A DNA stretch of 64,000 bases. Source: Nitrososphaerota archaeon (GTDB lineage Archaea > Thermoproteota > Nitrososphaeria_A > Caldarchaeales > Caldarchaeaceae). The notes under the pieces are model-generated. The model worked only from the letters and a program-made list of their open reading frames with translations, searched no databases and was not told the origin of the DNA. The position numbers and the translations under genes were made by a program. Below are positions 1-8,668 of the stretch, in pieces. Each line of letters opens with the position of its first letter. The stretch's first letter is position 1. Where the stretch lies: positions 352,001-416,000 of the forward strand of contig JBEPYN010000002.1 of assembly GCA_041641305.1 (NCBI GenBank), in the 5' to 3' direction.

Positions 1-300
1 GATTACTGTTCCGACACGGTATCCGAGCCTTCCCCTTTCCTTAGCAACCGTGTAGGCTTCGGGGCCTCCGAGTATCTCTTGTAAAAAGCCTCCTTCGGGG
101 AGCTTTCCTGTAAGCTGTGAGGGGCTAAGCTTCAGACCATCTTTGGTCTTGACTTTGCCAGCGAGAACGTCTTCGAGAAAGGCCTCGATAGGCTTCTCTT
201 TATCAGAGTAGAACTGCTGGACGTATTCGAGCCGCTCAACGGGTAGCCGAACATTTAGGCTTGCAGATGGTTTAGCTGGGACAAAAACCTCCGCATCCAT
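1..300 (-). CDS. Hypothetical protein, runs off the window edge (MDAEVFVPAKPSASLNVRLP...)
   Basis: Open frame read manually from ATG at 300 to the window start with no stop. Confidence 0.6.
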   Translation of the reverse strand, partial: MDAEVFVPAKPSASLNVRLPVERLEYVQQFYSDKEKPIEAFLEDVLAGKVKTKDGLKLSPSQLTGKLPEGGFLQEILGGPEAYTVAKERGRLGYRVGTVI

Positions 301-339
301 AAGTTATCCAACCCTAGCCAAACTACCTTCCTGTTTTAT

Positions 340-573
340 TCAATCAGCAACGACAATCTCCAGCACTTCTCCAGTGAGAAGCTTCTTCAAACTCTCCAAC
401 TCCCTTTGTGCCTTTGGAGAAAGCGACTGAAAAACCTCTTCGTCGAGGTAAACGGGTATTGTGCTACTGCTTGTCTCTAACTCGAGAAGCTCCTGAGCAA
501 CGTCATCACTCACCTCGCATACTTTCTTCCATTCAATCAAATAAACCGCCCTCGTCTTTACCATATCGTTCAC
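340..573 (-). CDS. Small acidic hypothetical protein
   Basis: ORF co-oriented with neighbours, preceded by the GGCC-type promoter at 610-627. Confidence 0.65.
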   Translation of the reverse strand: MNDMVKTRAVYLIEWKKVCEVSDDVAQELLELETSSSTIPVYLDEEVFQSLSPKAQRELESLKKLLTGEVLEIVVAD

Positions 574-609
574 CTACCCTTTCATCACAGGTATAGACCT
601 CTCTCATAC

Positions 610-627
610 ATTTAATCCCATGAGGCC
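610..627 (-). promoter_or_regulatory. GGCC-type promoter GGCCTCATGGGATTAAAT
   Basis: Matches the 18-bp motif recurring upstream of many genes. Confidence 0.65.
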
Positions 628-629
628 AG

Positions 630-1670
630 TTATGGAGCAAGGAGGATAACCCTCTTATGTGTAATGATGGGTTTAGCGAGTGGGGGTTTCGGCAACTCTT
701 TAACAGGCTTCGGTTTGATGTAGAAATCTTCGGTTCTTATCAACTCCTTCGGAGCATCGGCAGGAGGCTCATGAAAGCGGCTGTTAATGCGCCTATGAAG
801 GCGCACATCTATACCTCTATCCCTCAAAATTTTGCAGGCAATCAGGGTTGATAGGTTAGCGGACATGCCGAGCTGAGCTTGGTAATAGTAATAACCCTTA
901 ATTATGTAAACTTTCTCGGCGACGTCGCTGATTTTCTCAACAAGAGCGGATGGAAGGCTTTGGATATCAACTTCATAGAAGCCTGGGGCAATCTCCCGTA
1001 GTTTTCTCACCTCTTCGATAGACCGCCTATATTCCATCAATAAGCGTTCTCTCTGTTCTATCCTTCTCTTCTCTTTATCTGTTAGCGTTCTGTATATATG
1101 AGCCGTGGTGAAGAGGTCTTTCGGAATCCAAATCAAATCAATAAGGTCATAATTCCAACGCCTTGTGAAAACTACTTCAAAGTCCTCGTCTGGTATCTCG
1201 GGATAGGAAACGTCCATGTATCTACTCAGCCTCCTCATATACCGTTTACATTCGTTAAACATTTTCAAGAACTCCTGTTTGCTGACCGTAATAGGCTCGT
1301 TGGGTTTGGTCGGGAAAAAGGGCGGTAAAGCTTCGCCCAATTCAAGATATATGGTTTTGTTATGCATGGATGTTCCTGTGTTTAGAAAAACACGTCCATC
1401 ATACCCTACAAGCTCCGACTGAATTCGGTAAGTTTTGTTTAAACCAAATATTTCAAGCCTGCCATGATAAGGCAGGTAGGCACGCTCTAATTCCCCTCCA
1501 AATAAATAGGGCTTATAGCCAAGGGATAGAGCTTTTTTCAAATAACGCAGTCTCCTTAAATGAGGAGCGATGGAATGAACGAAATCTGGATATATTCTCG
1601 CCTTTTCGAGCCGCTCTCTAAATCTTCTCTCGAAGACCTGCAAAACCTCCTTAGGGTTAACCTCTTCCAT
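630..1670 (-). CDS. Hypothetical protein (346 aa)
   Basis: Long ORF with a GGCC-type element at about 1693-1711; no recognisable motif. Confidence 0.8.
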   Translation of the reverse strand: MEEVNPKEVLQVFERRFRERLEKARIYPDFVHSIAPHLRRLRYLKKALSLGYKPYLFGGELERAYLPYHGRLEIFGLNKTYRIQSELVGYDGRVFLNTGTSMHNKTIYLELGEALPPFFPTKPNEPITVSKQEFLKMFNECKRYMRRLSRYMDVSYPEIPDEDFEVVFTRRWNYDLIDLIWIPKDLFTTAHIYRTLTDKEKRRIEQRERLLMEYRRSIEEVRKLREIAPGFYEVDIQSLPSALVEKISDVAEKVYIIKGYYYYQAQLGMSANLSTLIACKILRDRGIDVRLHRRINSRFHEPPADAPKELIRTEDFYIKPKPVKELPKPPLAKPIITHKRVILLAP

Positions 1671-1752
1671 ACCCTAAAGAAAATAGTTGATTTTTATTAC
1701 CGCTAAAGGCCATATTCATAAAAAAAGGTGAAGGGTTTTAGGGGCTGGGTGT

Positions 1753-1974
1753 TTAGATATCCACCCATGCCCCCACAGTCTTGTCTCTGACATGGACGAT
1801 GGGGTCTCCAGCCGCTGGCTCGACTATTGCTATATCCTCGGGCTTCTCGGCAATCTTCAGAACCTTTTCCCTGATTGGTTTAGGCATGTTTCTGACCTTC
1901 TCTTTGACGCTTTTTGCTCCGCCCTTCTTTCGTCCCGACTTTCTCGCCTTCGTCTTTGTCTTTTTCTTAGTCAT
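1753..1974 (-). CDS. Small Lys-rich basic protein (probable start MTKKKTK at 1974)
   Basis: Basic N-terminus; GGCC-type promoter at 2000-2018 lies about 25 nt before this ATG; T-run after the stop. Confidence 0.65.
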   Translation of the reverse strand: MTKKKTKTKARKSGRKKGGAKSVKEKVRNMPKPIREKVLKIAEKPEDIAIVEPAAGDPIVHVRDKTVGAWVDI

Positions 1975-2024
1975 GGCAGGCGATAATATCTCTCTCAAGT
2001 AAATAACTCTCAGAGGCCCGCTGT

Positions 2025-2040
2025 TGTCAACAAGTTGACA
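2025..2040. repeat. 16-bp palindrome copy TGTCAACAAGTTGACA
   Basis: Direct reading; intergenic. Confidence 0.9.
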
Positions 2041-2052
2041 GCATTTAGGGCC

Positions 2053-3270
2053 TTAGTAGAGCTTTATGAAACCCTTTAGAATGCATTTTATCTTGTGTAT
2101 GAGCTTGGTCTCTACAGTGCCGTTTGCGTATATCACATAGAGCCTTGCCTGCTTGCCTTCACGCGGCCTCATAATCCTTCCTTTTCTCTGCACAAGTTGT
2201 CTAACGCTCTGTCCGCTTGCTATGATAGCGGCTATAGCCACCTCTGGCACGTCCACACCCTCGTCCAAGGCTCTAACAGCTAACAAGACGTTGAAGCTCT
2301 TCCCCCACTCGGAGAATATTCTGCCCCTCTCGCTCATGGATTTATCGCTGTGATACGTTTCTGCCGCGACCCCTTTCTCGGAAAGATACGTCTTCAGCTC
2401 CTCAATGCTGTGTATCGACTCGCTGAACACTATTATCTTCTCATGGGGATGTTGGGTTACGACATTGTATAGGGCATCTTTCTTGGAGGCTATCCTGCTT
2501 AGGAAAATCCGCCTCTCATTGATGAGAACCTTGAGCCTCCGCTCCAGCTCCTCGGCATCTCTTTGAAACGCTTTGGAGTTCTTTAAAAATGAGAGCATGC
2601 TTCTAACTTTCCATATTTCGGCTTGTATCTCCATATACCTTTTCCTCTCTTCCCTGTTCATTTCGGCTGGGATGGGGACGAGCGTTATTGGTGCCACGTA
2701 TCCGTTCTCAACAGCATTCTTCAAGTCCAACGTGTAAACAACCGGCAACTTTGATAGGATGTTGTAGTGTTTACCATCTTCTCTTTTAAGCGTGGCTGTC
2801 AGGCCGAGAACCTTTTTCCCATCAATCTTCGGCAGAATAGTGGAGAACACATCGGCTCCAACATGGTGTATCTCATCAAGAATTATCAGCTCGAAATGGT
2901 TCAGTATCTCGGGATGGCGGCACACGCTGTTATAAATAGCGACCGTGTATCTGCTCAGCCTTTTCTCACCACCATAGAACCTCGTAAACAAAACATCAGC
3001 CTCTCTACCCTTCTTAACCCACTCCACCATCACCCTTTCGTATGGTGTGATTACAAGCGTCGGTAACCCAATCCTCTTAATGGCGTGAAGCCCAATAATC
3101 GTCTTCCCCGTCCCCGTCGGCGCTATAACTACTCCCCTACATCCCCGACCAGCCCATTTCTCGAAAGCCTCGACCTGATATGGTCGGAGAACCCTTCCAC
3201 CGACTGCTTCGTTTTGTGCCTGACTCGGAGAATTTTCCTGCAGAAGAAACTGCTCTAATCGGGACAGCAT
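2053..3270 (-). CDS. xpb: XPB/Rad25-like superfamily 2 helicase
   Basis: LRPYQ, APTGTGKT, DEIHH, GLTAT, LDEGVDVP and QRKGRIMR motifs. Confidence 0.85.
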   Translation of the reverse strand: MLSRLEQFLLQENSPSQAQNEAVGGRVLRPYQVEAFEKWAGRGCRGVVIAPTGTGKTIIGLHAIKRIGLPTLVITPYERVMVEWVKKGREADVLFTRFYGGEKRLSRYTVAIYNSVCRHPEILNHFELIILDEIHHVGADVFSTILPKIDGKKVLGLTATLKREDGKHYNILSKLPVVYTLDLKNAVENGYVAPITLVPIPAEMNREERKRYMEIQAEIWKVRSMLSFLKNSKAFQRDAEELERRLKVLINERRIFLSRIASKKDALYNVVTQHPHEKIIVFSESIHSIEELKTYLSEKGVAAETYHSDKSMSERGRIFSEWGKSFNVLLAVRALDEGVDVPEVAIAAIIASGQSVRQLVQRKGRIMRPREGKQARLYVIYANGTVETKLIHKIKCILKGFIKLY

Positions 3271-3324
3271 CGTGGCTAAACTTGCAAAAATAGCAATAAA
3301 ACCGGCTAAGGCCAGAGGCCCTGC

Positions 3325-3672
3325 TCACATAACAGCCCTGTAAAAAACGGTTACCCCGAAGGGATAGTCATCATCCTCATAACCTACATATACATATCCA
3401 TCCCATCCTGTTTCGATGATTTCTCCAGCTTTCTCGAAAATAGCCTCATAAACCAGCTCATCCTCATCCAAGCCTGTTGGAAGCTTTTCAGCGACGCATT
3501 CAATAGACCAGCCCTCAGCCCATACCTCATACAAATCCCCATCCTCTACCTGAACCAAAACAGGCTGGAAAAGAGGCAAAGCAGAGCTGGCTATGGCGTT
3601 CTCCAGCTCCTCTTCAGACAAACTCTGTAGCCTGATTATCGTTTTAGTTTCTTCGAATTCACGGACAACCAT
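3325..3672 (-). CDS. Acidic hypothetical protein
   Basis: ORF overlapping the upstream gene, operon-like. Confidence 0.65.
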   Translation of the reverse strand: MVVREFEETKTIIRLQSLSEEELENAIASSALPLFQPVLVQVEDGDLYEVWAEGWSIECVAEKLPTGLDEDELVYEAIFEKAGEIIETGWDGYVYVGYEDDDYPFGVTVFYRAVM

Positions 3673-3844
3673 GTTCTATGAAATCCTCAGCATCCGGGTC
3701 ATAAGTGCCTACATACATAAACTTGTGTTCGAATTCCTTGCCACAGCTACACTTCACTTTGACGACGCCGATTTTCTCCCACCAGTCAACTTGGAATTCA
3801 CCGGTTAGAGGCAGCCCCTCTCCGCAGTATGGGCATTCGACCAT
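3659..3844 (-). CDS. Small zinc-ribbon protein
   Basis: CPYC...CSC motif. Confidence 0.65.
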   Translation of the reverse strand: MVECPYCGEGLPLTGEFQVDWWEKIGVVKVKCSCGKEFEHKFMYVGTYDPDAEDFIEHGCP

Positions 3845-3850
3845 GAAATA

Positions 3851-4066
3851 TCACCCCAACCACAGCCTGAGCTCATCTGTTGTCGGCAGCATCTCCCCAA
3901 GCTGTATGCCTGCGCTTCTGGCCCATATATGTAGGTCAAGGAGAAACTGAACAAGCATAGTTGTATTAGCTGTCAAGTTCTCGAGCTTCAGTTGCAAAAA
4001 TTTTGGCGCATTTAGCTGGGTAAGACGATTTGTCAGGTCAGTTTTCCATGTTTCAAAACTTCTCAT
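3851..4066 (-). CDS. Small hypothetical protein (probable start MRSFETWK)
   Basis: ATG at 4066 overlaps the end of the upstream ORF and follows a GTGGTG Shine-Dalgarno-like sequence. Confidence 0.55.
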   Translation of the reverse strand: MRSFETWKTDLTNRLTQLNAPKFLQLKLENLTANTTMLVQFLLDLHIWARSAGIQLGEMLPTTDELRLWLG

Positions 4067-4583
4067 GTGATACACCACTTTCACCTCTCTTATAACATTT
4101 AGAGGCCATGTAGGAATTGAATGCTTCTTCAAAGTCCTCGAAATCGGGCAGTTTTCCAGTCTTCAGCCATTTCTGAAAGATGTGGCTGGCGAGCTGCTCC
4201 AATCTGGCGTCTGAGACCGAGTAGTGTTTGTTTCCTGTGTTGCTTGAAACCAAGGTGATGTGTTGGATGTCGTGTTGAGAAGGGTGAATGTAGAATTTTT
4301 CCCCATGTGTGCCGGCTTTTGAGGACCTGCTGTAGTCTGGTCTTAGGGGACGATAACATGTGAAACATACGACATAAACCGAAGTAATTCCTCCCATCCT
4401 TGTATGCCGCCAATCAAATATCAGAACGTTTTCAGGTTCGACTGGTTTTTCAATCATTTCCCACACCACCTCATACGCATTTCGTGTTTGGGGAGAAATA
4501 TAACCAGATGAGGCCATCATAGTTTCTGAAATAGCGAACTCATGTTTAAAATCTGGAGGCTTTGACGAAGTTACATAAGGCAT
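4053..4583 (-). CDS. Hypothetical protein
   Basis: 176-aa ORF heading a minus-strand run. Confidence 0.65.
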   Translation of the reverse strand: MPYVTSSKPPDFKHEFAISETMMASSGYISPQTRNAYEVVWEMIEKPVEPENVLIFDWRHTRMGGITSVYVVCFTCYRPLRPDYSRSSKAGTHGEKFYIHPSQHDIQHITLVSSNTGNKHYSVSDARLEQLASHIFQKWLKTGKLPDFEDFEEAFNSYMASKCYKRGESGVSHEKF

Positions 4584-4691
4584 GAGGACCAGCCGCAGTC
4601 AAGACAGGTCACGCATCTACCTTGGTTTATGATACGCTCTGACTCGCACTCTGGGCATTTTCGCGGGAAATTCATCCGACCATCCATAAAC

Positions 4692-4707
4692 TGTCAACAT
4701 GTTGACG
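4692..4707. repeat. 16-bp palindrome copy TGTCAACATGTTGACG
   Basis: Direct reading; divergent intergenic region. Confidence 0.9.
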
Positions 4708-4770
4708 GAAATAAAGAGGTTTAAGGCCCTACTATAACGGGATAAATCAAGGCGCTTCATCTGAAAAGTC

Positions 4771-5175
4771 ATGGTAGAAAATCACGGGATTTCCCGGGAG
4801 CTGCTGGTTCGCGGCGACCGTAGAGCCATGTCGATGTTCAGGGCCCGGCTCCGAAAATTGGCGAGTAAAGGGCTTTGGGAGGAGTGGGACAGGTTTCTCG
4901 ACAGCCTTGAGCCGGTGGCGAGGTATTGGCTGGCGAGCGAAACATGTGGCGAGTATACGGAGCTGCTTCACTTGGGTGAGGTGATTTTCTTTATCGAGGT
5001 TGGTGTAGATGGGGCGGTGAGTGTAACTGGTCTCAGGTGGGATACACGTCTTTCCAGAATTGGGGTGCAGTTGAAGCACTATCTATTAGAGCACTGCTTC
5101 AAGGAGATTAAGCGCCAAGCTACCTCCCAAACCAGTAACGTCCGTTTAAACCATGCTGCATCAGCAGGGCCGTGA
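4771..5175 (+). CDS. Hypothetical protein
   Basis: ORF with a GATAAAT box about 24 nt upstream. Confidence 0.6.
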   Translation: MVENHGISRELLVRGDRRAMSMFRARLRKLASKGLWEEWDRFLDSLEPVARYWLASETCGEYTELLHLGEVIFFIEVGVDGAVSVTGLRWDTRLSRIGVQLKHYLLEHCFKEIKRQATSQTSNVRLNHAASAGP

Positions 5176-5974
5176 AAAGCTTTCCAACACGCTGGTCGAA
5201 TGAATAGTCCACGCTCAGCTCCTCTCCCAGAGCATTTGCGAGATAAGTCATGTTCATTCCCCTGATGTGTAGGGTTTCTCCATAGACCATGTCAGGCCTG
5301 ACCCTTCCCAAAGCATCAAAAATCTGCATCAAGTCACCTTCCACGTCAGGTCTTAGCCTGCACGGCGGTAGAATAGGAGCGATGATTACACCTGTCCTGA
5401 GCCCCGCCTCTCGCGCCTGTCTGATTATGTCAAGCCTTCTCTGCGGCGTAGTAACTCGCGGCTCAATAGCCCTCGCCAGCTCCGTGCTGAACGTTGCCAC
5501 GGAGACCTGAACCCTTACCTGCTCCCTGTATTTCTCGAGTAAGTCAAGGTCTTCGAGGACGAGCGGCGACCTTGTCTGGATGCAGAACCTCACCCCGCAT
5601 CGCAAGCCGTGCTCAAGGATTTTCCTCGTCCATCCAGCAAGCTGAGGTAGATAGGGGTCATGTGTTGAACTGAGGAGAACCTCCTCGCCGCGCCACCTGC
5701 TCCATGGTGTTTGCTCGATAACCTCGTCTAAGTTGGTTGGTGTAGCAAAATAATATCCCCAGTCCTTATCGACCAGCCGCCCCGCTCTCGGAGAGGAGTA
5801 TAGCTTATGTATCGAGTCCACGTAGCAGAACCTACATCCAAAAGTGCACCCAATCGCATAGTTAGCGACCCAGCCGTCGGAAAGCCCCTTACCCACGCCC
5901 CCCTTCTCCTCAACCGTCAGCTTCGAGGGCTTGACCAGAGGCGGCTTAATCCTATACCTTCCAAACTCTATCAA
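5120..5974 (-). CDS. Radical SAM protein, spore photoproduct lyase (SplB/Rv2578c)-like
   Basis: GCTFGCRFCY (CxxxCxxC), SSTHDPY, QTRS, IEPR...P..RL motifs. Confidence 0.85.
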   Translation of the reverse strand: MIEFGRYRIKPPLVKPSKLTVEEKGGVGKGLSDGWVANYAIGCTFGCRFCYVDSIHKLYSSPRAGRLVDKDWGYYFATPTNLDEVIEQTPWSRWRGEEVLLSSTHDPYLPQLAGWTRKILEHGLRCGVRFCIQTRSPLVLEDLDLLEKYREQVRVQVSVATFSTELARAIEPRVTTPQRRLDIIRQAREAGLRTGVIIAPILPPCRLRPDVEGDLMQIFDALGRVRPDMVYGETLHIRGMNMTYLANALGEELSVDYSFDQRVGKLFTALLMQHGLNGRYWFGR

Positions 5975-5999
5975 CTCAACCTATATTGTTTTGGTGGGG

Positions 6000-6017
6000 A
6001 TTTAAACGGATAAGGCC
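6000..6017 (-). promoter_or_regulatory. GGCC-type promoter GGCCTTATCCGTTTAAAT
   Basis: 25 nt before the TTG start of the radical SAM gene. Confidence 0.7.
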
Positions 6018-6096
6018 AAGATAAAAAATGGTCAAAGGCTCCTGAAGACCATCCAAATAAACCACGGCATATGGGCCGGGGGTTTTGAAACCCCGA

Positions 6097-6202
6097 TGGA
6101 CCGAACGGGACTTGAACCTTATCGGCCAGCTCAATTTCTTGGAGCTGACTCGCGACCTCCCGCAAGCCAAGCGGGCGCTCTTCCATGTTGAGCTACCGGC
6201 CC
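6097..6202 (-). tRNA. tRNA-Ala(GGC) with a 32-nt intron at position 51/52 (6119-6150)
   Basis: Cloverleaf folded by hand: acceptor GGGCCGG/TCGGTCC with G3:U70, D stem GCTC/GAGC, anticodon arm CCCGC-TTGGCTT-GCGGG, T arm GCG^GG-TTCAAGT-CCCGT; junctions form a relaxed bulge-helix-bulge; 74 nt after splicing; no encoded CCA. Confidence 0.9.
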
Positions 6203-6262
6203 ATGCTGTCGCTTCGGCTTGCTGGCTAAAGAACCTTCATGGCCAAGCACTGCTTGGCTTAT

Positions 6263-6970
6263 CTACTGGCTGGCTATTGACCATAGGCGGTCAAACTCCT
6301 CCACGAATTGCTTAGCTACGTCTTCGGATAGTATCGCGACGAGGTTTTCGTCATTAGCCTCCTCAGCCGCTCCCGACCAGTTGTAGCTACCGGTTGCCAC
6401 GATTCTTTCGTCGATAACCATGAACTTGTGATGCATAAGCGCAGAGTTGCCGTCGAGCCTGATGTCTAAGCCCGCCTCCTTTAGGCGCTGGTATTCGGAG
6501 CCTCGTATCTCGGCTGACTCGGCTTCGAGCACCACCTTCACATCCACGCCCCTATTGTGAGCGGCTATCAAAGCGTTGGCGAGCCTATCGTTTGTGAATA
6601 CGTATACTGCTACGAGAATACGTCTCTGCGCCGCGTTGATGAGGGTTTCCAACATTGATTCGCAGACCATGGGCCTTGAGAAGCAGACCGCTACGCCTGA
6701 GTGGTTGTATAGCTGAGGTATTTCGGGGATGATTGAAGTGGTAACCGTGACTGTTCTCGTAGAAGTTAGTGTGGTGGGCTGTGTTGCTGTTGTCGTAGAT
6801 GTTACGGTGTAACTGGCTGTCGCGGTTAGCACGCGTGTGGAGACCGCGGTTGCCGTGGTTGTGAACGTGGTGGCAACCCTTTCCCTCGGGCTTAGGGTTA
6901 AGCCAGCGGCAAGTCCCGCGAATAACCCAATCAATAGAAGGACAACAGGGACCACAACGCTTCTATTCAT
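6263..6970 (-). CDS. Membrane-anchored phospholipase D-family nuclease (Nuc-like) with Thr-rich linker
   Basis: N-terminal hydrophobic helix, Thr-rich stalk, single HKD motif HHKFMVID...GSYNW...NDEN. Confidence 0.85.
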   Translation of the reverse strand: MNRSVVVPVVLLLIGLFAGLAAGLTLSPRERVATTFTTTATAVSTRVLTATASYTVTSTTTATQPTTLTSTRTVTVTTSIIPEIPQLYNHSGVAVCFSRPMVCESMLETLINAAQRRILVAVYVFTNDRLANALIAAHNRGVDVKVVLEAESAEIRGSEYQRLKEAGLDIRLDGNSALMHHKFMVIDERIVATGSYNWSGAAEEANDENLVAILSEDVAKQFVEEFDRLWSIASQ

Positions 6971-6973
6971 GTC

Positions 6974-7771
6974 TCAGACCCCCATGACGCATTCCATAAC
7001 TATCTTGAGAGGGTCTATCTGCTCGTAAGGTATCGGGACCACTACCGCGAAGCCGCTGTTATGAACGAATGTTTTCGGGTATGATGTCGCCTTTGGTATA
7101 AACTTCCCCTCATTAGCCTGTATCAACATGGTGCCTCCATCCCTTGAAGGCATCACAGCTCCTATGATGTGTTTGTCTGCGTGAGCCTCACGGATATAGG
7201 TGAGGTTGAGGGGTTTGGGTGAGAACACTACGTAGCCGAGGGGTGTTGGAAAGAGCTTGACGCCGTTTTTGGCGAATAGGAAGTCGTCAAGCAAGGCAAG
7301 AACGGATTCTCCGACACATCTCATGATATAATGGAGTGGATGCTCTGGAGAAAGCAACGTGATTGTCGAGAAGTACTTCAGCATCGCCCTCTCCACAAGA
7401 CCACGGTCTTCATCCATATTCAGAACCTTCTTAGCCACGTAGGCCCCAAACCTATCCCGCAGGTCAATATACCTAAAGTCCGTCGGTAGATTCTCGCTAT
7501 CTATTCCGAAGAAGTCTCTTAGCACGAGGATGAAGCTGCTTGGCAGGTCTTCGTCTTGGTGATGGTCGAAGAAAATTCTGCCGTCGTATCTCTTGCCTAC
7601 ATCGACGACTATCTCACCTTCCTCAGGCTCGCCGGTGAAGTCGGGGACTCTAATAACAACGGCGTCAGGATACTTGTGTAGCAGAAGGCTTACCGCCAAG
7701 AACTCGTCTGAGTGAGCCGGCCCAGAATGCGTGATAATCTTTTTGACGGCTAAAGGCTCCAGACTTTGCAA
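6974..7771 (-). CDS. MYG1-family metal-dependent hydrolase/exonuclease
   Basis: THSG.AH.DE, VDVG..YD, FDHHQ motifs. Confidence 0.8.
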   Translation of the reverse strand: MQSLEPLAVKKIITHSGPAHSDEFLAVSLLLHKYPDAVVIRVPDFTGEPEEGEIVVDVGKRYDGRIFFDHHQDEDLPSSFILVLRDFFGIDSENLPTDFRYIDLRDRFGAYVAKKVLNMDEDRGLVERAMLKYFSTITLLSPEHPLHYIMRCVGESVLALLDDFLFAKNGVKLFPTPLGYVVFSPKPLNLTYIREAHADKHIIGAVMPSRDGGTMLIQANEGKFIPKATSYPKTFVHNSGFAVVVPIPYEQIDPLKIVMECVMGV

Positions 7772-7797
7772 CGGTAACTCAGCCTCATCTCAAGCCA

Positions 7798-7968
7798 TCA
7801 GAGGTCAAGCCAGCCTCCGACAACTTTACCATTCACTATCAGTAGAGGGTCTAGCCCGACTCGCCTAATCTCATAGCTTTCAATATGCACAGGCTCGAGG
7901 GCTTTCTGCAGAGCTTTTGGCACCTCTTCTGGTAGTTTTTTCTCCTGTTTGACAACTACTTGGCTCAT
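7798..7968 (-). CDS. Small hypothetical protein (probable start MSQVVVK)
   Basis: Promoter GGCCTTATCCGGTTAAAT (7992-8009) lies 23 nt before this ATG. Confidence 0.6.
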   Translation of the reverse strand: MSQVVVKQEKKLPEEVPKALQKALEPVHIESYEIRRVGLDPLLIVNGKVVGGWLDL

Positions 7969-7993
7969 GGCTATACCTTCATGCATCATAGAT

Positions 7994-8668
7994 TTAACCG
8001 GATAAGGCCTTATCCAAAGCCTCTAACAGGTTCTCCAATTCTCCATGCATCTCCGCTCCATATTTCTCCATTTTGTGGCTAAGCTTGGCTGAAAGAGGCG
8101 TCAGGTGGACCGGCCTGCCGAGCCTAATCGCGGACCATGCGGTTGATTCTGAGTCGCCCCCCTCATCCGCCTCCACGACCACGACGATGTCAGAAATCAG
8201 GGCTATCGTCATGTTTCTGAGGATAAAGTCTCTGGGCTGCGTCCTGTGTCCATCAGGGAATTGGCTGACCGCGAGGTGCTCGCTCATGATGAGGCTTTGT
8301 AGGCCTTTGTTTTCTGGTGGATAGACACGGCTTAATGGTGTGCCGAGAACGGCGGCCGTCTCCCCGCCGCTGCGGACGGCTTCTAAATGAGCCGCGGTGT
8401 CAATCCCTTTCGCGAGGCCGCTGACAATAATCACCCGTTGTCTGCAGAGCCATTTGACTAGCTCCCGTGCATAGTTCAGACCTTCTTCGCTTGCGTTCCT
8501 TGTTCCCACGACGGCTACACGGGGGGTCTGAAGAGGGATACGCATTTTTCCGCAGACGTAAAGCCTGTTTGGGGCGAGTCTCCTCTCGACGCGGTTTAGC
8601 GGTCTTCCGAGGAGCTGCTCCACCGTGATGCTACGTGCCTGTCTGTAGGCTCTGGATTGCGTCGTCAT
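7994..8668 (-). CDS. dprA: DNA-processing protein DprA/Smf
   Basis: VAVVGTR, IVSGLAKGID.AAH, AVLGT, YP.EN, F..RN, VVVEA motifs. Confidence 0.9.
   Translation of the reverse strand: MTTQSRAYRQARSITVEQLLGRPLNRVERRLAPNRLYVCGKMRIPLQTPRVAVVGTRNASEEGLNYARELVKWLCRQRVIIVSGLAKGIDTAAHLEAVRSGGETAAVLGTPLSRVYPPENKGLQSLIMSEHLAVSQFPDGHRTQPRDFILRNMTIALISDIVVVVEADEGGDSESTAWSAIRLGRPVHLTPLSAKLSHKMEKYGAEMHGELENLLEALDKALSG

Noticed and set aside
6097-6202. tRNA as the attachment site of an integrated element
   Set aside because: No duplicated tRNA 3' fragment or integrase was found in the window, and the same motifs occur on both sides.
5971-6315. ORFs 5971-6186, 5976-6170 and 6085-6315
   Set aside because: They overlap the tRNA-Ala gene and the radical SAM promoter; no protein-like features.
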